Notes under the pieces: model-generated
The model's input: only the letters and a program-made list of their open reading frames with translations
Told to the model about the DNA's origin: nothing
Database searches by the model: none
DNA from: an uncultured Lachnospiraceae bacterium
GTDB taxonomy: Bacteria > Bacillota > Clostridia > Lachnospirales > Lachnospiraceae
Assembly (NCBI GenBank): GCA_934402055.1
Contig: CAKRTC010000005.1
Span: forward strand, 19,267 to 83,266
DNA length: 64,000 bases
Reading direction: 5' to 3'
Position numbers and translations under genes: made by a program
Part shown: piece after piece, positions 38,238 through 47,644 of the stretch
Position numbering within the stretch: position 1 is the first letter of the stretch
How the letters are laid out: each line of letters starts with the position of its first letter

Positions 38238-38612
38238 TCAGTCCTTTTCTGCAGAAAATCGGCTGAGGGTATCAATGACCAGACTGTAAGCATCCTTAAG
38301 TTCTCCGACAAGTCCGGCATCAGGAGTTACATCGGTCTTGCCGCGAAGCTGCTCGGTGAGTTCTGAGGAAGCCTTACATAGGCGTGTAAAGCCTAAGTTT
38401 GCAGCAATTCCCTTCATGGTATGCGCAGCCTGAAATATCTGTTGTGTATCATTGTTTTCAAGAGCAGCGAGCATAGCATCCATGGTTTTATCTGAAGGAA
38501 ATTTCATTATAAACTTCTCAACAAGAGCATCATTCATCATCCTTGACAATGCATCATCGTAATCTCCGCCAAGTGTTTCAAAGCATTCACGTAATTCCAT
38601 TGTTTCCTCCAA
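38238..38612 (-). CDS. Stand-alone histidine phosphotransfer (Hpt) domain protein
   Basis: 124 aa, all-helical. AAHTMKGIAANLGF matches the Hpt HxxKG phosphoacceptor motif. No other domain is present. Confidence 0.65.
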   Translation of the reverse strand: MEETMELRECFETLGGDYDDALSRMMNDALVEKFIMKFPSDKTMDAMLAALENNDTQQIFQAAHTMKGIAANLGFTRLCKASSELTEQLRGKTDVTPDAGLVGELKDAYSLVIDTLSRFSAEKD

Positions 38613-38740
38613 GTAAGTGATAATCTGTTTTTGATCCTATATGTCGTTTTATATTAAAATCGACATCTTTATGTCTATATACACAGACAATAAGATAATA
38701 GCATAAGTAAGTATTGAATTCTATAAAAGGCATGTCATAT

Positions 38741-38781
38741 GAAAAAAAATACTTCCCTACCACTAAAAGACTTAGTGGTAG
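38741..38781 (-). terminator. Intrinsic terminator (minus strand) after the DUF4340 gene
   Basis: On the plus strand, CTACCACTAA-aagac-TTAGTGGTAG forms a perfect 10-bp stem preceded by an A8 run. That run is a U-tract on the minus strand. It separates the ABC operon from the Hpt gene. Confidence 0.7.
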
Positions 38782-38822
38782 AGAAGTTAAATAGGTAAAG
38801 CTTTGTTTTTATGAACCGTAGT

Positions 38823-40283
38823 TTAACCTAAAACTATCGAATAAACCGCCTCGCAAAGAGCAACAACACTCTTACGGGATACAAGCTTGCTGCTCTTGTC
38901 CGGAGAAACAAGTATGCAGTCACTGCCGTTATAACGGTAGATGTCGAGAGTTTCATCAGGATGAGAACTGTCGGAGCTCTTAAGGTGTATGCTGAGCTCT
39001 TTCTTTAATGCAGGAGTCTCATCTGTAACAGCAGTTGCCTTAACAGCTTCTATGGCACTCTGAATATTGCTTATGTCCACGGTGCTGCCGTTATAGCTCC
39101 AGTCTGTTCCGCCTACAAGCTTCTTATCGCCTGTAAATGTATAAGTATTTCCGTCAAGCTCAAAATCTATACTCTCTGCCTTATCAAAACCTGAAGGAAT
39201 GAGTTCGGATTTTACGAAGTCGCCCAATTTTGCTGCGGTAATAGTCTTATAATCCTCATCGCTGAGTTTGTATACGAGCTTGGAATCATTAAAGCGTATG
39301 TAGGTACTTGCGCTGCTCTCTTTATCGGAGTCGGCATCAGATGTTGCATCGGCTGTGTCCTCGGAGCTATCCTCCAATAGTTTTCCTTGTGCATCAAACT
39401 TATCCTTGTCCTTTGGATCTATACCTATGCTGAAGCTGTATTCACCGGTTTCGCCTGTTTTTTTACCCTTGTCGTCTGTCTTAGGATAGCTTATATCGAC
39501 AGAGAGTACAGGCTGATCGAGACCGTATTCTCCGAGCTTGTCCTCACTGAAGTTATGATCCACGCAGTTATCAAGAGAGACTTCCGAAACCGCCTCGAGA
39601 TAGCTCTTAACTTTTTCGGAATCAAGTGCCTCATTATTGCAATAGTAAACATCTTCATCACTGTAGGCAGCGGAATTATTTATATTATAGCTGATACTGT
39701 ATTCTGTATCTATTTCGCTTCCGGATACCTTGATGCTGTCTGCGGTCTCAGGGGCAGGGATCTCGTCTGACTTTGTAAAGTAATCCAGAGTCTTGTTGAA
39801 GGCATCAAGAGGATCGGTCTTTACCAGATATACATTGCCGTCATCAATGGAGACATAACGCTCCTGATCCATGGTGCTGAAACCGCCGAGTTTGACAGTA
39901 TAATCCTTATCGGAGGTACTGAAGCTTATGGTGCATTCTGGTTGATCGAGACCGTAATCCGAGAGCTTCTCAGGTTCCTCAATAATGAAGCTTACGCCGA
40001 ATTCCTCGAAGAGCTTAAGCAGCTCGTTTATCTTATCTTCGTCAACCGGAAGGCTTGCGTCATCATCACTCTGCCATACTCCGTCTTTTTTACTGAAGGA
40101 GAGCTTACTGCCGTCATGCTCCCAGGAGAGCTTGGCAACATCATCACTCGGAACTTCAAGCACTATATCATCGCTTGCCTTGATCTTTTCCTTCTTTATC
40201 TCATGACTGCTTACAATGATGGTTGCGATACACACAACAGCAAGTACGGCAAGCAGTATACCTAACTTTTTCAGCTTATCCAT
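38823..40283 (-). CDS. DUF4340-like exported/lipo-protein, last gene of a GldG-type ABC operon
   Basis: 486 aa with an N-terminal signal/anchor MDKLKKLGILLAVLAVVCIATIIVS. It sits at the conserved position after the GldG-like gene and overlaps the GldG-like stop by 8 nt. Confidence 0.6.
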   Translation of the reverse strand: MDKLKKLGILLAVLAVVCIATIIVSSHEIKKEKIKASDDIVLEVPSDDVAKLSWEHDGSKLSFSKKDGVWQSDDDASLPVDEDKINELLKLFEEFGVSFIIEEPEKLSDYGLDQPECTISFSTSDKDYTVKLGGFSTMDQERYVSIDDGNVYLVKTDPLDAFNKTLDYFTKSDEIPAPETADSIKVSGSEIDTEYSISYNINNSAAYSDEDVYYCNNEALDSEKVKSYLEAVSEVSLDNCVDHNFSEDKLGEYGLDQPVLSVDISYPKTDDKGKKTGETGEYSFSIGIDPKDKDKFDAQGKLLEDSSEDTADATSDADSDKESSASTYIRFNDSKLVYKLSDEDYKTITAAKLGDFVKSELIPSGFDKAESIDFELDGNTYTFTGDKKLVGGTDWSYNGSTVDISNIQSAIEAVKATAVTDETPALKKELSIHLKSSDSSHPDETLDIYRYNGSDCILVSPDKSSKLVSRKSVVALCEAVYSIVLG

Positions 40284-41676
40284 TTTTCTTTCTCCTCCTT
40301 ACAAGCACTACGGCAATACCGGCAGCAACGAAGAAAACAGGGATAATGCCTATCATGATTGCTTTAAGCAAAGCGGCGTCGGATGCATTTATTGTAAGGT
40401 AATTATATCCTAATGACTTTGTTCTGATAGCTATATGTTCGTCGTCACCTATAAGCGAGCTTAAGGCATTCATGCAGAAGTTAAGGTTGGCACCTGATGA
40501 GTATGCGTTATAAAGCTCGTCGGTAAATGCTGAGGAGGATACCCAGATGATCTTGCCTTCGTTTTCTGTGCTTACAGAAACAGCAAGTGCAAACGGTCCT
40601 GATGCGTCGCCGGCTTCCTTTTCATAGCTTTTGATATTAAGACCGTCAGCCTTGCAGAATGAATCATCGGATGTGACTAAGAGCTCCTTGGCATGAGAGG
40701 TATCGGATACCTTCATTCCCTGGGCTATGGCAACGACTACTTTGTAATTGTCATTAACGATAGGATCTGTTATATCACTGTTCTCTATATCGGGAAGCAA
40801 TACATACGGAGCCTGCAATGCATAGTGCTCTCTGTCTCCTTCGACTACCACACCGTCTACAGGCTCAACTCCGTAGTCTGCCATGAGTGAGTACAGATTG
40901 CTGAGTGTTCCGCTTTGTGTAGGACCGGCAAATACGAAGAGCTTGCCTCCCATGGCAGTGTAGTTTTTAAGCATATCGCATTCTGTCTCGGAAATATCGC
41001 TTGCAGGAGCGTTGATTATGATGCAGTCGGCATCCTCAGGGATATTATCCTCGTTAAGTAGGGATATGGACTCAATATCGGCGTTGTCCTTTTTGATCTC
41101 ATTTTTAAGATTGTCGCTGAGCTCGGCTTCGCCGTGACCCGTAAGAGTGTATACATGAGACGAATCATCACTTACCACATAATTAATGGCAGAGGTGATC
41201 TGACCCTCGCCGTCAAAGGAGTAGCTCTGTGTATAATAGCTCGAATCAATATCACTGAGATATATGCTGTCAAAGCCTATATAACGGCTGCGGTCACCGC
41301 ATTCAACGACAAGACTGTTGTTAGCAACGGTATCATCTGTATATTGTGACGCAAATGTCGGAAATACATCAGGATTCTTCCTTGTCAGATGTATATGATC
41401 GGACATGGCATCATATTTATTGAGCAGGTTTTCAAGAACAGCGTCCTCCTTGCCGTCCTGAACTATCCAATAGATATCAACGTCCTTATCGAGCGCATTG
41501 ACAACTGCCTTTGTATTGCTTGTTACCGAATAGAGCTTCTGCGAGCTGATATCAAGCTTTGTAAGATTGTCAGGAAGGACAGATACAAATATATTGAGCA
41601 CAACAAGTATGGCAAGCACTATGGCTGTAGCTGCAAGTGAATACATACCGCCGCGCAGCGCATTTTTATTTTTCAT
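40276..41676 (-). CDS. GldG-like ABC-transporter auxiliary component (ABC-type uncharacterised transport system)
   Basis: 466 aa with N- and C-terminal TM helices flanking a large extracytoplasmic domain. Operon order ATPase-permease-GldG-like matches the gldA-gldF-gldG arrangement. Confidence 0.65.
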   Translation of the reverse strand: MKNKNALRGGMYSLAATAIVLAILVVLNIFVSVLPDNLTKLDISSQKLYSVTSNTKAVVNALDKDVDIYWIVQDGKEDAVLENLLNKYDAMSDHIHLTRKNPDVFPTFASQYTDDTVANNSLVVECGDRSRYIGFDSIYLSDIDSSYYTQSYSFDGEGQITSAINYVVSDDSSHVYTLTGHGEAELSDNLKNEIKKDNADIESISLLNEDNIPEDADCIIINAPASDISETECDMLKNYTAMGGKLFVFAGPTQSGTLSNLYSLMADYGVEPVDGVVVEGDREHYALQAPYVLLPDIENSDITDPIVNDNYKVVVAIAQGMKVSDTSHAKELLVTSDDSFCKADGLNIKSYEKEAGDASGPFALAVSVSTENEGKIIWVSSSAFTDELYNAYSSGANLNFCMNALSSLIGDDEHIAIRTKSLGYNYLTINASDAALLKAIMIGIIPVFFVAAGIAVVLVRRRKKNG

Positions 41677-42539
41677 CAGTTGTACCTCCTTTTCTCAAGA
41701 GACTGTACGGTAAGAAATAAGAAAAATGCCGCAACGCTTAAGTAAAATACCACGGAGCCTATATCAAATACTCCGTTTACAAAGGTGGCGAATCTTGAGA
41801 ATAATGAAAGCTTTGACATTATGGCAGGAACAAGTCCTGTGTAAATATCGGATTTCAGATAATAGCTTATGCCGAGTGCAAGAATGATCACTATAAATAA
41901 TACACAGGCGATATTGTCATTTTTTGTGCAATAGTAGACTACCAGAGCAAGGATAGCGACACAGATCATAAGCACTATCAATGAACCGAAAGCCGAAGAG
42001 GAGACCTGCTCGGCAAGACTGACACTAAAGTAGTTAAAAAGCAGTATCGGTATGGTAATGCCGGCGGCAATACCTTGATTTTCGGTTAGAGACGAAATAA
42101 ACATGCCCACCGCTATCATTGCAGCTCCCATCAGAAAAAATGCGAGCAATGCACCATAGGATGTAAGCAGATATACCTCACCGAAATGAGCAAAGATCAT
42201 CGGATAAATCGCAATAACGGCGAGCGGAACAAAGAATACAAGCAATACCGCAAGGAATTTGCCGATGACTATGTTCGAAGCCGTTATAGGCAGCGAATAT
42301 AAGAGCTTATCTGTACGCTGTCTTTTTTCGTCCGAGATGATACGCATGGTAAGTATAGGGAGTATGACAACTGTTACTATACAGATAAACTGCAAAACAT
42401 ACTCAAAATTGGCAACTGCGGATTGTATATTGTACAGCATTGCTCCAATGCCGGTGAATATGAGCAAGAATGCGCAGAACAGATAAGTTATAAATGAGTG
42501 CAGGTAAGCCTTAAGCTCATGCCTGAATATAGCAATCAT
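41676..42539 (-). CDS. ABC-2 family transporter permease
   Basis: 287 aa with 6 predicted TM helices. It overlaps the ATPase gene by 4 nt. Confidence 0.7.
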   Translation of the reverse strand: MIAIFRHELKAYLHSFITYLFCAFLLIFTGIGAMLYNIQSAVANFEYVLQFICIVTVVILPILTMRIISDEKRQRTDKLLYSLPITASNIVIGKFLAVLLVFFVPLAVIAIYPMIFAHFGEVYLLTSYGALLAFFLMGAAMIAVGMFISSLTENQGIAAGITIPILLFNYFSVSLAEQVSSSAFGSLIVLMICVAILALVVYYCTKNDNIACVLFIVIILALGISYYLKSDIYTGLVPAIMSKLSLFSRFATFVNGVFDIGSVVFYLSVAAFFLFLTVQSLEKRRYN

Positions 42540-43507
42540 GCTTCTTTGACCTCACTTTCTTCGGAGCTTGTAAGCTCTAGGAATATTTCTTCAAGATCTG
42601 CCTTGTGAGAACTGATCTCATATATAGGGAGCTTTTTTTCGGCAAAACTTAAGACAAGCTCGCAGCAGATATCGTTAAGCTCCTGTTTATCGGTCTGTGC
42701 ATTTACAGTGATTCCGTCTGAACAGTCCTCAATGTCATAGCTTAGGATATGTTCATCACCCTTAAGCAGTTCATCAGCCTCGGCCTTTGTGGCACGAACC
42801 TTAAAGCTTATGCTTCCGGAAGCTGTCATAACATCCTCAAGTCCGGCTGTTGTGTTATACGCAACAAGCTTACCGTGCGACAGTATAAGCACCTTATCGC
42901 AGATGGCCTGTACTTCGGACAGTATGTGAGAGCTGAATATGACAGTGTGAGTTTCACCAAGCTTGCGGATAAGCTCTCGTATCTCGATTATCTGTAAGGG
43001 ATCGAGACCTACGGTCGGCTCATCCAGGATTATAAGCTTGGGGTCTCCGAGCAGAGCCTCGGCTATACCTACTCTCTGTCTGTATCCCTTTGATAATGAA
43101 GAGATAAGTCTGCCGCGCATAGGTGTAAGACCGGTCTTTTCAATAACATCCTCTATACCGGCCTTAAACTTGTCACCCTTAAGTCCTTTGGCTTCGGCTA
43201 CAAAACGAAGATATTCTTCGGGAGTCTCACTGACGTAGAGCGGAGGGATCTCGGGAAGGTAACCTATAAGCTTTTTTGCGGTTTCGGGTTCTTCGAAAAT
43301 ATCGTGACCGTCTATGCTGACGCTTCCTTCTGTGGCGGAAAGACAGCCGGTTATGATATTCATGGTAGTGGATTTACCGGCTCCGTTGGGACCGAGAAAA
43401 CCGTATACATGACCGTCGTCTATCTCAAAGGACAGATCGTCGACAGCCTTGAAGCTGCCGTAGCATTTGGTCAAATGCTCTATTTTGATCATAAAAACAC
43501 CTCTCAT
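42536..43507 (-). CDS. ABC transporter ATP-binding protein
   Basis: 323 aa. Walker A is GPNGAGKST, the signature is LSKGYRQRV, and Walker B is LIILDEPTVGLD. Confidence 0.9.
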   Translation of the reverse strand: MRGVFMIKIEHLTKCYGSFKAVDDLSFEIDDGHVYGFLGPNGAGKSTTMNIITGCLSATEGSVSIDGHDIFEEPETAKKLIGYLPEIPPLYVSETPEEYLRFVAEAKGLKGDKFKAGIEDVIEKTGLTPMRGRLISSLSKGYRQRVGIAEALLGDPKLIILDEPTVGLDPLQIIEIRELIRKLGETHTVIFSSHILSEVQAICDKVLILSHGKLVAYNTTAGLEDVMTASGSISFKVRATKAEADELLKGDEHILSYDIEDCSDGITVNAQTDKQELNDICCELVLSFAEKKLPIYEISSHKADLEEIFLELTSSEESEVKEA

Positions 43508-43685
43508 TTGTTTTTTCTTGATGGTAGGCAGAAAATGTGACTTAACGGTGAAGTTTTAATGGAGATGCTGTGTACAAAGCCTTGAAGCGTATTCTTCATT
43601 GAAAAAAAAGGCCTTATATGCTATGATATTTTAGTTTTATCAGCGAATGCTGAAAGTAGAGAAAAAGTAAGGCAGGTAATGTTAA

Positions 43686-45893
43686 ATGAAAGAACAAAGC
43701 AAGCTTAAGTCGATCCTCTGGGTCATCGGCATCGTGGTTCTTACGGCATTGGCGTTATTCGGTGCTGCAAAGAATGCCGACGACATCAAGCTCGGACTTG
43801 ATCTTGACGGTGGTGTCAGCATAACCTACGAGGCAGAGGAGGAGAATCCTTCTTCCGTAGATATGGCAGATACTATCTACAAGATCCAGAAGAGAGTAGA
43901 GGGTTACTCAAACGAGTCATCCGTATATCAGGAAGGTTCAAACAGGATCAACGTTGATATTCCGGGTGTATCTGATGCAAATGCTATCCTTGAGGAACTC
44001 GGCAAGCCGGGATCACTCATCTTCACGACCATGGAGTATGACGCCGACGGTAAGCTTACCGGCAATATCGGTGAGACCGTATGTGAGGGTTCGGATATCA
44101 AGAGTGCCGGAGTATCAATGGTAAAGGGCACCAACGGTGCAGCAGATACCTATGAGGTAGGAGTAAGCTTCACAGATGAGGGAACAAAGAAGTTCGCAGA
44201 GGCTACCAAGGCTAATGTAGGCAAGCAGATCGCCATCATCTATGATAACAATATCGTATCTGCGCCGGTAGTTAACGAGGCTATCACAGGCGGACAGTGT
44301 TCGATCACCGGTAACTTCACTCAGGACGAGGCATATAACCTTGCACAGACCATCCGTCTCGGTGCTCTTAAGCTTGAACTTAAGGAGATACGTTCAAACG
44401 TAGTAGGTGCAAGACTCGGACAGCAGGCTATAGATCTGTCTCTTAAGGCAGGTGCCATCGGCTTCATTTTCGTTGTTGCCATCATGCTCATCGTATACAG
44501 AATGGCAGGTCTGGCTGCATCTATAGCACTCAGCTTCTATGTAGGTATTATAGTAATATTGCTTGATGCATTTGAGATAACACTTACTCTTCCGGGTATT
44601 GCAGGTATCATCCTGTCGGTAGGTATGGCTGTAGATGCCAACGTTATCATCTTCACCAGCATCAAGGAGGAGCTTGGCAACAAGAAGAGCGTTGAGGAGG
44701 CTATTCAGGCAGGATTCCACAAGGCACTTTCTGCTATCGTCGATGGTAACGTAACAACACTTATCGCTGCTGTTGTTATCTATCTCAAGGGTACGGGTAC
44801 GGTCAAGGGCTTTGCTCAGACACTTGCACTCGGTATCGTATTGTCGATGATCACAGCCCTCTTTGTTACAAGATGGCTCATCAATGCTTTCTATTGGCTC
44901 GGCTGCAATAAGCCTGCATTCTTCGGAATTAAGAAGCCTGTAGAGAAGCCTTTCGATTTTGTAGGCAAGAGCAAGATCTTCTATGCTATATCAATACTCG
45001 TTATAGTCTGCGGACTCGGATCTATGGGTCTCAACAAGACTAACACAGGAGATATGTTCAACTACGGACTTGATTTCAAGGGAGGTACATCTTCCAATGT
45101 TACCTTCAATGAGGATCTTGACATCGACTATCTTTCTGAAAATGTTGCACCTGTAGTAACAGAGGCAACCGGAGATGCCAATCCGCAGATCTCAAAGGTT
45201 GCGGGAACAAACGAAGTACTTATCAGAACACTTTCGCTTGATGCGGACGGACGTGAGAAGCTTAACGATGCTCTTGCAGATAAGTTCGGAGTTGACAAGG
45301 AGCTTATCACAGCAGAGAACATCTCAGGAAGCGTATCGGTAGAGATGAAGAAGGATGCCGTTATAGCTATTGCACTTGCAGCGGTATTCATGCTCATCTA
45401 CATCTGGTTCAGATTTAAGAATATCAATTTCGCATCTTCTTCGGTGCTTGCGCTTTTGCATGACGTAATGGTTACCATAACATGCTATGCGGTATTCAAG
45501 TGGTCTGTAGGTACTACCTTTATCGCCTGCATACTTACCATTGTCGGATATTCGATAAATGCGACTATCGTCATCTTCGACAGAATACGTCGTAATCGCA
45601 AGGAAGCAGGCTACGGAGCAGATACGGCATATATCGTTAATAAGTCTATATCGGAGACACTTTCAAGAACGATATTTACATCAACAACTACCTTTGTTAT
45701 GGTACTTTGCCTCTTCCTCTTCGGTACCTCATCAATCAGAGAGTTTGCTCTTCCGATCATGATCGGTATCGTATGCGGAGGATATTCTTCGGTATTTATC
45801 ACAGGACCGCTTTGGAATTTCCTTAATGCAAGAAGCAAGGCTGCAAAGGCAAATAAGCTTGCGGAGCAGGAAGCTTCCAAGAAACGTAAGTAA
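43686..45893 (+). CDS. secDF: Protein translocase subunit SecDF (fused SecD-SecF)
   Basis: 735 aa with 12 TM helices and two periplasmic-type loops. The SecD N-terminus is GLDLDGG and a SecF-like second half follows. Confidence 0.9.
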   Translation: MKEQSKLKSILWVIGIVVLTALALFGAAKNADDIKLGLDLDGGVSITYEAEEENPSSVDMADTIYKIQKRVEGYSNESSVYQEGSNRINVDIPGVSDANAILEELGKPGSLIFTTMEYDADGKLTGNIGETVCEGSDIKSAGVSMVKGTNGAADTYEVGVSFTDEGTKKFAEATKANVGKQIAIIYDNNIVSAPVVNEAITGGQCSITGNFTQDEAYNLAQTIRLGALKLELKEIRSNVVGARLGQQAIDLSLKAGAIGFIFVVAIMLIVYRMAGLAASIALSFYVGIIVILLDAFEITLTLPGIAGIILSVGMAVDANVIIFTSIKEELGNKKSVEEAIQAGFHKALSAIVDGNVTTLIAAVVIYLKGTGTVKGFAQTLALGIVLSMITALFVTRWLINAFYWLGCNKPAFFGIKKPVEKPFDFVGKSKIFYAISILVIVCGLGSMGLNKTNTGDMFNYGLDFKGGTSSNVTFNEDLDIDYLSENVAPVVTEATGDANPQISKVAGTNEVLIRTLSLDADGREKLNDALADKFGVDKELITAENISGSVSVEMKKDAVIAIALAAVFMLIYIWFRFKNINFASSSVLALLHDVMVTITCYAVFKWSVGTTFIACILTIVGYSINATIVIFDRIRRNRKEAGYGADTAYIVNKSISETLSRTIFTSTTTFVMVLCLFLFGTSSIREFALPIMIGIVCGGYSSVFITGPLWNFLNARSKAAKANKLAEQEASKKRK

Positions 45894-45895
45894 TT

Positions 45896-47032
45896 ATGAA
45901 ATATGAAATAGTTGCCGAACAGGGCAGAGCCAAATCGGCACATATCGAGACCGTGCACGGCAGTATAGAGACTCCGGTCTTTATGAATGTCGGCACGGTA
46001 GGTGCCATCAAGGGTGCTGTATCGACCTGTGATCTTAAGGAGATAGGCTGCCAGGTTGAGTTGTCCAATACCTATCATCTGCATGTAAGGACCGGAGATA
46101 AGCTTATCAAGCAGCTGGGCGGTCTTCATAAGTTTATGAACTGGGACAGACCGATACTTACGGACAGCGGAGGATTCCAGGTGTTCTCGCTTGCATCCAT
46201 ACGCAAGATCAAGGAAGAGGGCGTTAACTTCAGATCTCATATAGACGGAAGCAAGATCTTTATGGGACCTGAGGAGAGCATGCAGATACAGTCCAATCTC
46301 GGATCTACGATTGCCATGGCATTTGATGAGTGTCCGCCGGCACTTGCGGAACGTAAGTACATCGAACAAAGTGTTGCACGTACCGTCAGATGGCTTAAGC
46401 GCTGTAAGACGGAGATGGCAAGACTCAATACTCTGGAGGATACGGTTAACAAGGATCAGCTCCTGTTTGGAATCAACCAAGGCGGAATACTTGCCGATGT
46501 GCGTAAGGACAACGCAGATGAGATATCAGAGCTTGATCTTGACGGATATGCTGTAGGAGGTCTTGCTGTAGGCGAGACCCATGAGGAGATGTATTACATA
46601 TTGGATGAGACGGTACCGCATCTTCCGCGCAAGAAGCCTACTTACCTTATGGGAGTCGGTACGCCGCTCAATATTATCGAGGGTGTTGCGAGAGGAGTTG
46701 ATTTCTTCGACTGTGTATATCCAAGCCGCAACGGAAGACACGGACATGTGTATACGCATTACGGTAAGCTCAATCTCTTCAACAAAAAGTATGAGGCTGA
46801 TATGTCACCGATAGAGGAAGGCTGCGACTGTCCTGCCTGCAGAAATTACTCAAGAGCATATATCAGACATCTTTTGAAAGCAGGAGAGATGCTCGGACTC
46901 AGATTATGCACATTGCACAATTTGTATTTTTACAATAAAATGATGGAGGACATCAGAACTGCCATAAGAGAAGGCAGCTTTGACGATTACAGACGCCGCA
47001 TGAACGAGGCTTTGGCCGAGGACAAGCGATAA
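45896..47032 (+). CDS. tgt: Queuine tRNA-ribosyltransferase
   Basis: 378 aa. It has TPVFMNVGT and DSGGFQ motifs and the zinc site CDCPAC...H. Confidence 0.9.
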   Translation: MKYEIVAEQGRAKSAHIETVHGSIETPVFMNVGTVGAIKGAVSTCDLKEIGCQVELSNTYHLHVRTGDKLIKQLGGLHKFMNWDRPILTDSGGFQVFSLASIRKIKEEGVNFRSHIDGSKIFMGPEESMQIQSNLGSTIAMAFDECPPALAERKYIEQSVARTVRWLKRCKTEMARLNTLEDTVNKDQLLFGINQGGILADVRKDNADEISELDLDGYAVGGLAVGETHEEMYYILDETVPHLPRKKPTYLMGVGTPLNIIEGVARGVDFFDCVYPSRNGRHGHVYTHYGKLNLFNKKYEADMSPIEEGCDCPACRNYSRAYIRHLLKAGEMLGLRLCTLHNLYFYNKMMEDIRTAIREGSFDDYRRRMNEALAEDKR

Positions 47033-47063
47033 GCGGTACAAAGCTTTTATTTGGAGGATAAGC

Positions 47064-47375
47064 ATGAACAACACATTTTTAATTATCTATGTTGTAGTAT
47101 TTGTTGCAATCATCTGGTTCTTCGGACCTATGTCACAGAAGAAGGAGAAGAAAAAGAGAGAGGCTCTTATGTCAAGCCTTTCTGTAGGTGATTATGTACT
47201 TACAACATCAGGCATGTACGGACAGATCATCGACATTACCAATGATATGGTAATCGTGGAGTTCGGCGGCAAGAACTGCCGTATTCCTATGCTTAAGGCC
47301 GCTATCGCAAGCGTTGAGAAGGCTGATGCACTTGCAAAGGGCGAGGTAAGCGAGGAGGCTAAGAAGGAAGGCTGA
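47064..47375 (+). CDS. yajC: Preprotein translocase subunit YajC
   Basis: 103 aa with a single TM helix. L..GDYVLTTSGMYGQIIDI is the YajC core. Confidence 0.8.
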   Translation: MNNTFLIIYVVVFVAIIWFFGPMSQKKEKKKREALMSSLSVGDYVLTTSGMYGQIIDITNDMVIVEFGGKNCRIPMLKAAIASVEKADALAKGEVSEEAKKEG

Positions 47376-47404
47376 TTCCTTCAAACTATAATACTGTTTA
47401 AGAT

Positions 47405-47441
47405 AATCGGGGGTCAGGTCAACTGCCTCCGATTTTTTTAT
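47405..47441 (+). terminator. Rho-independent terminator after yajC
   Basis: ATCGGGGG-tcaggtcaactg-CCTCCGAT is followed by T7. Confidence 0.7.
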
Positions 47442-47644
47442 CGATAAGAGGATTAAAGCCGGACTGCAGTCGCGAAGAAGACTAATTTAATTTATAATGA
47501 TAGCTTTTATCTCGTCGGTGCTGATATAATGTGATATGTGCGGTCACAAACGCAGAAGCTTCTATACTTGGGATAGTGAAAAAGGTGAAGGACTTAAGCG
47601 GAAAAGGCGGTACGAATCACTATAATAATTTGTGAGGTTATGCC

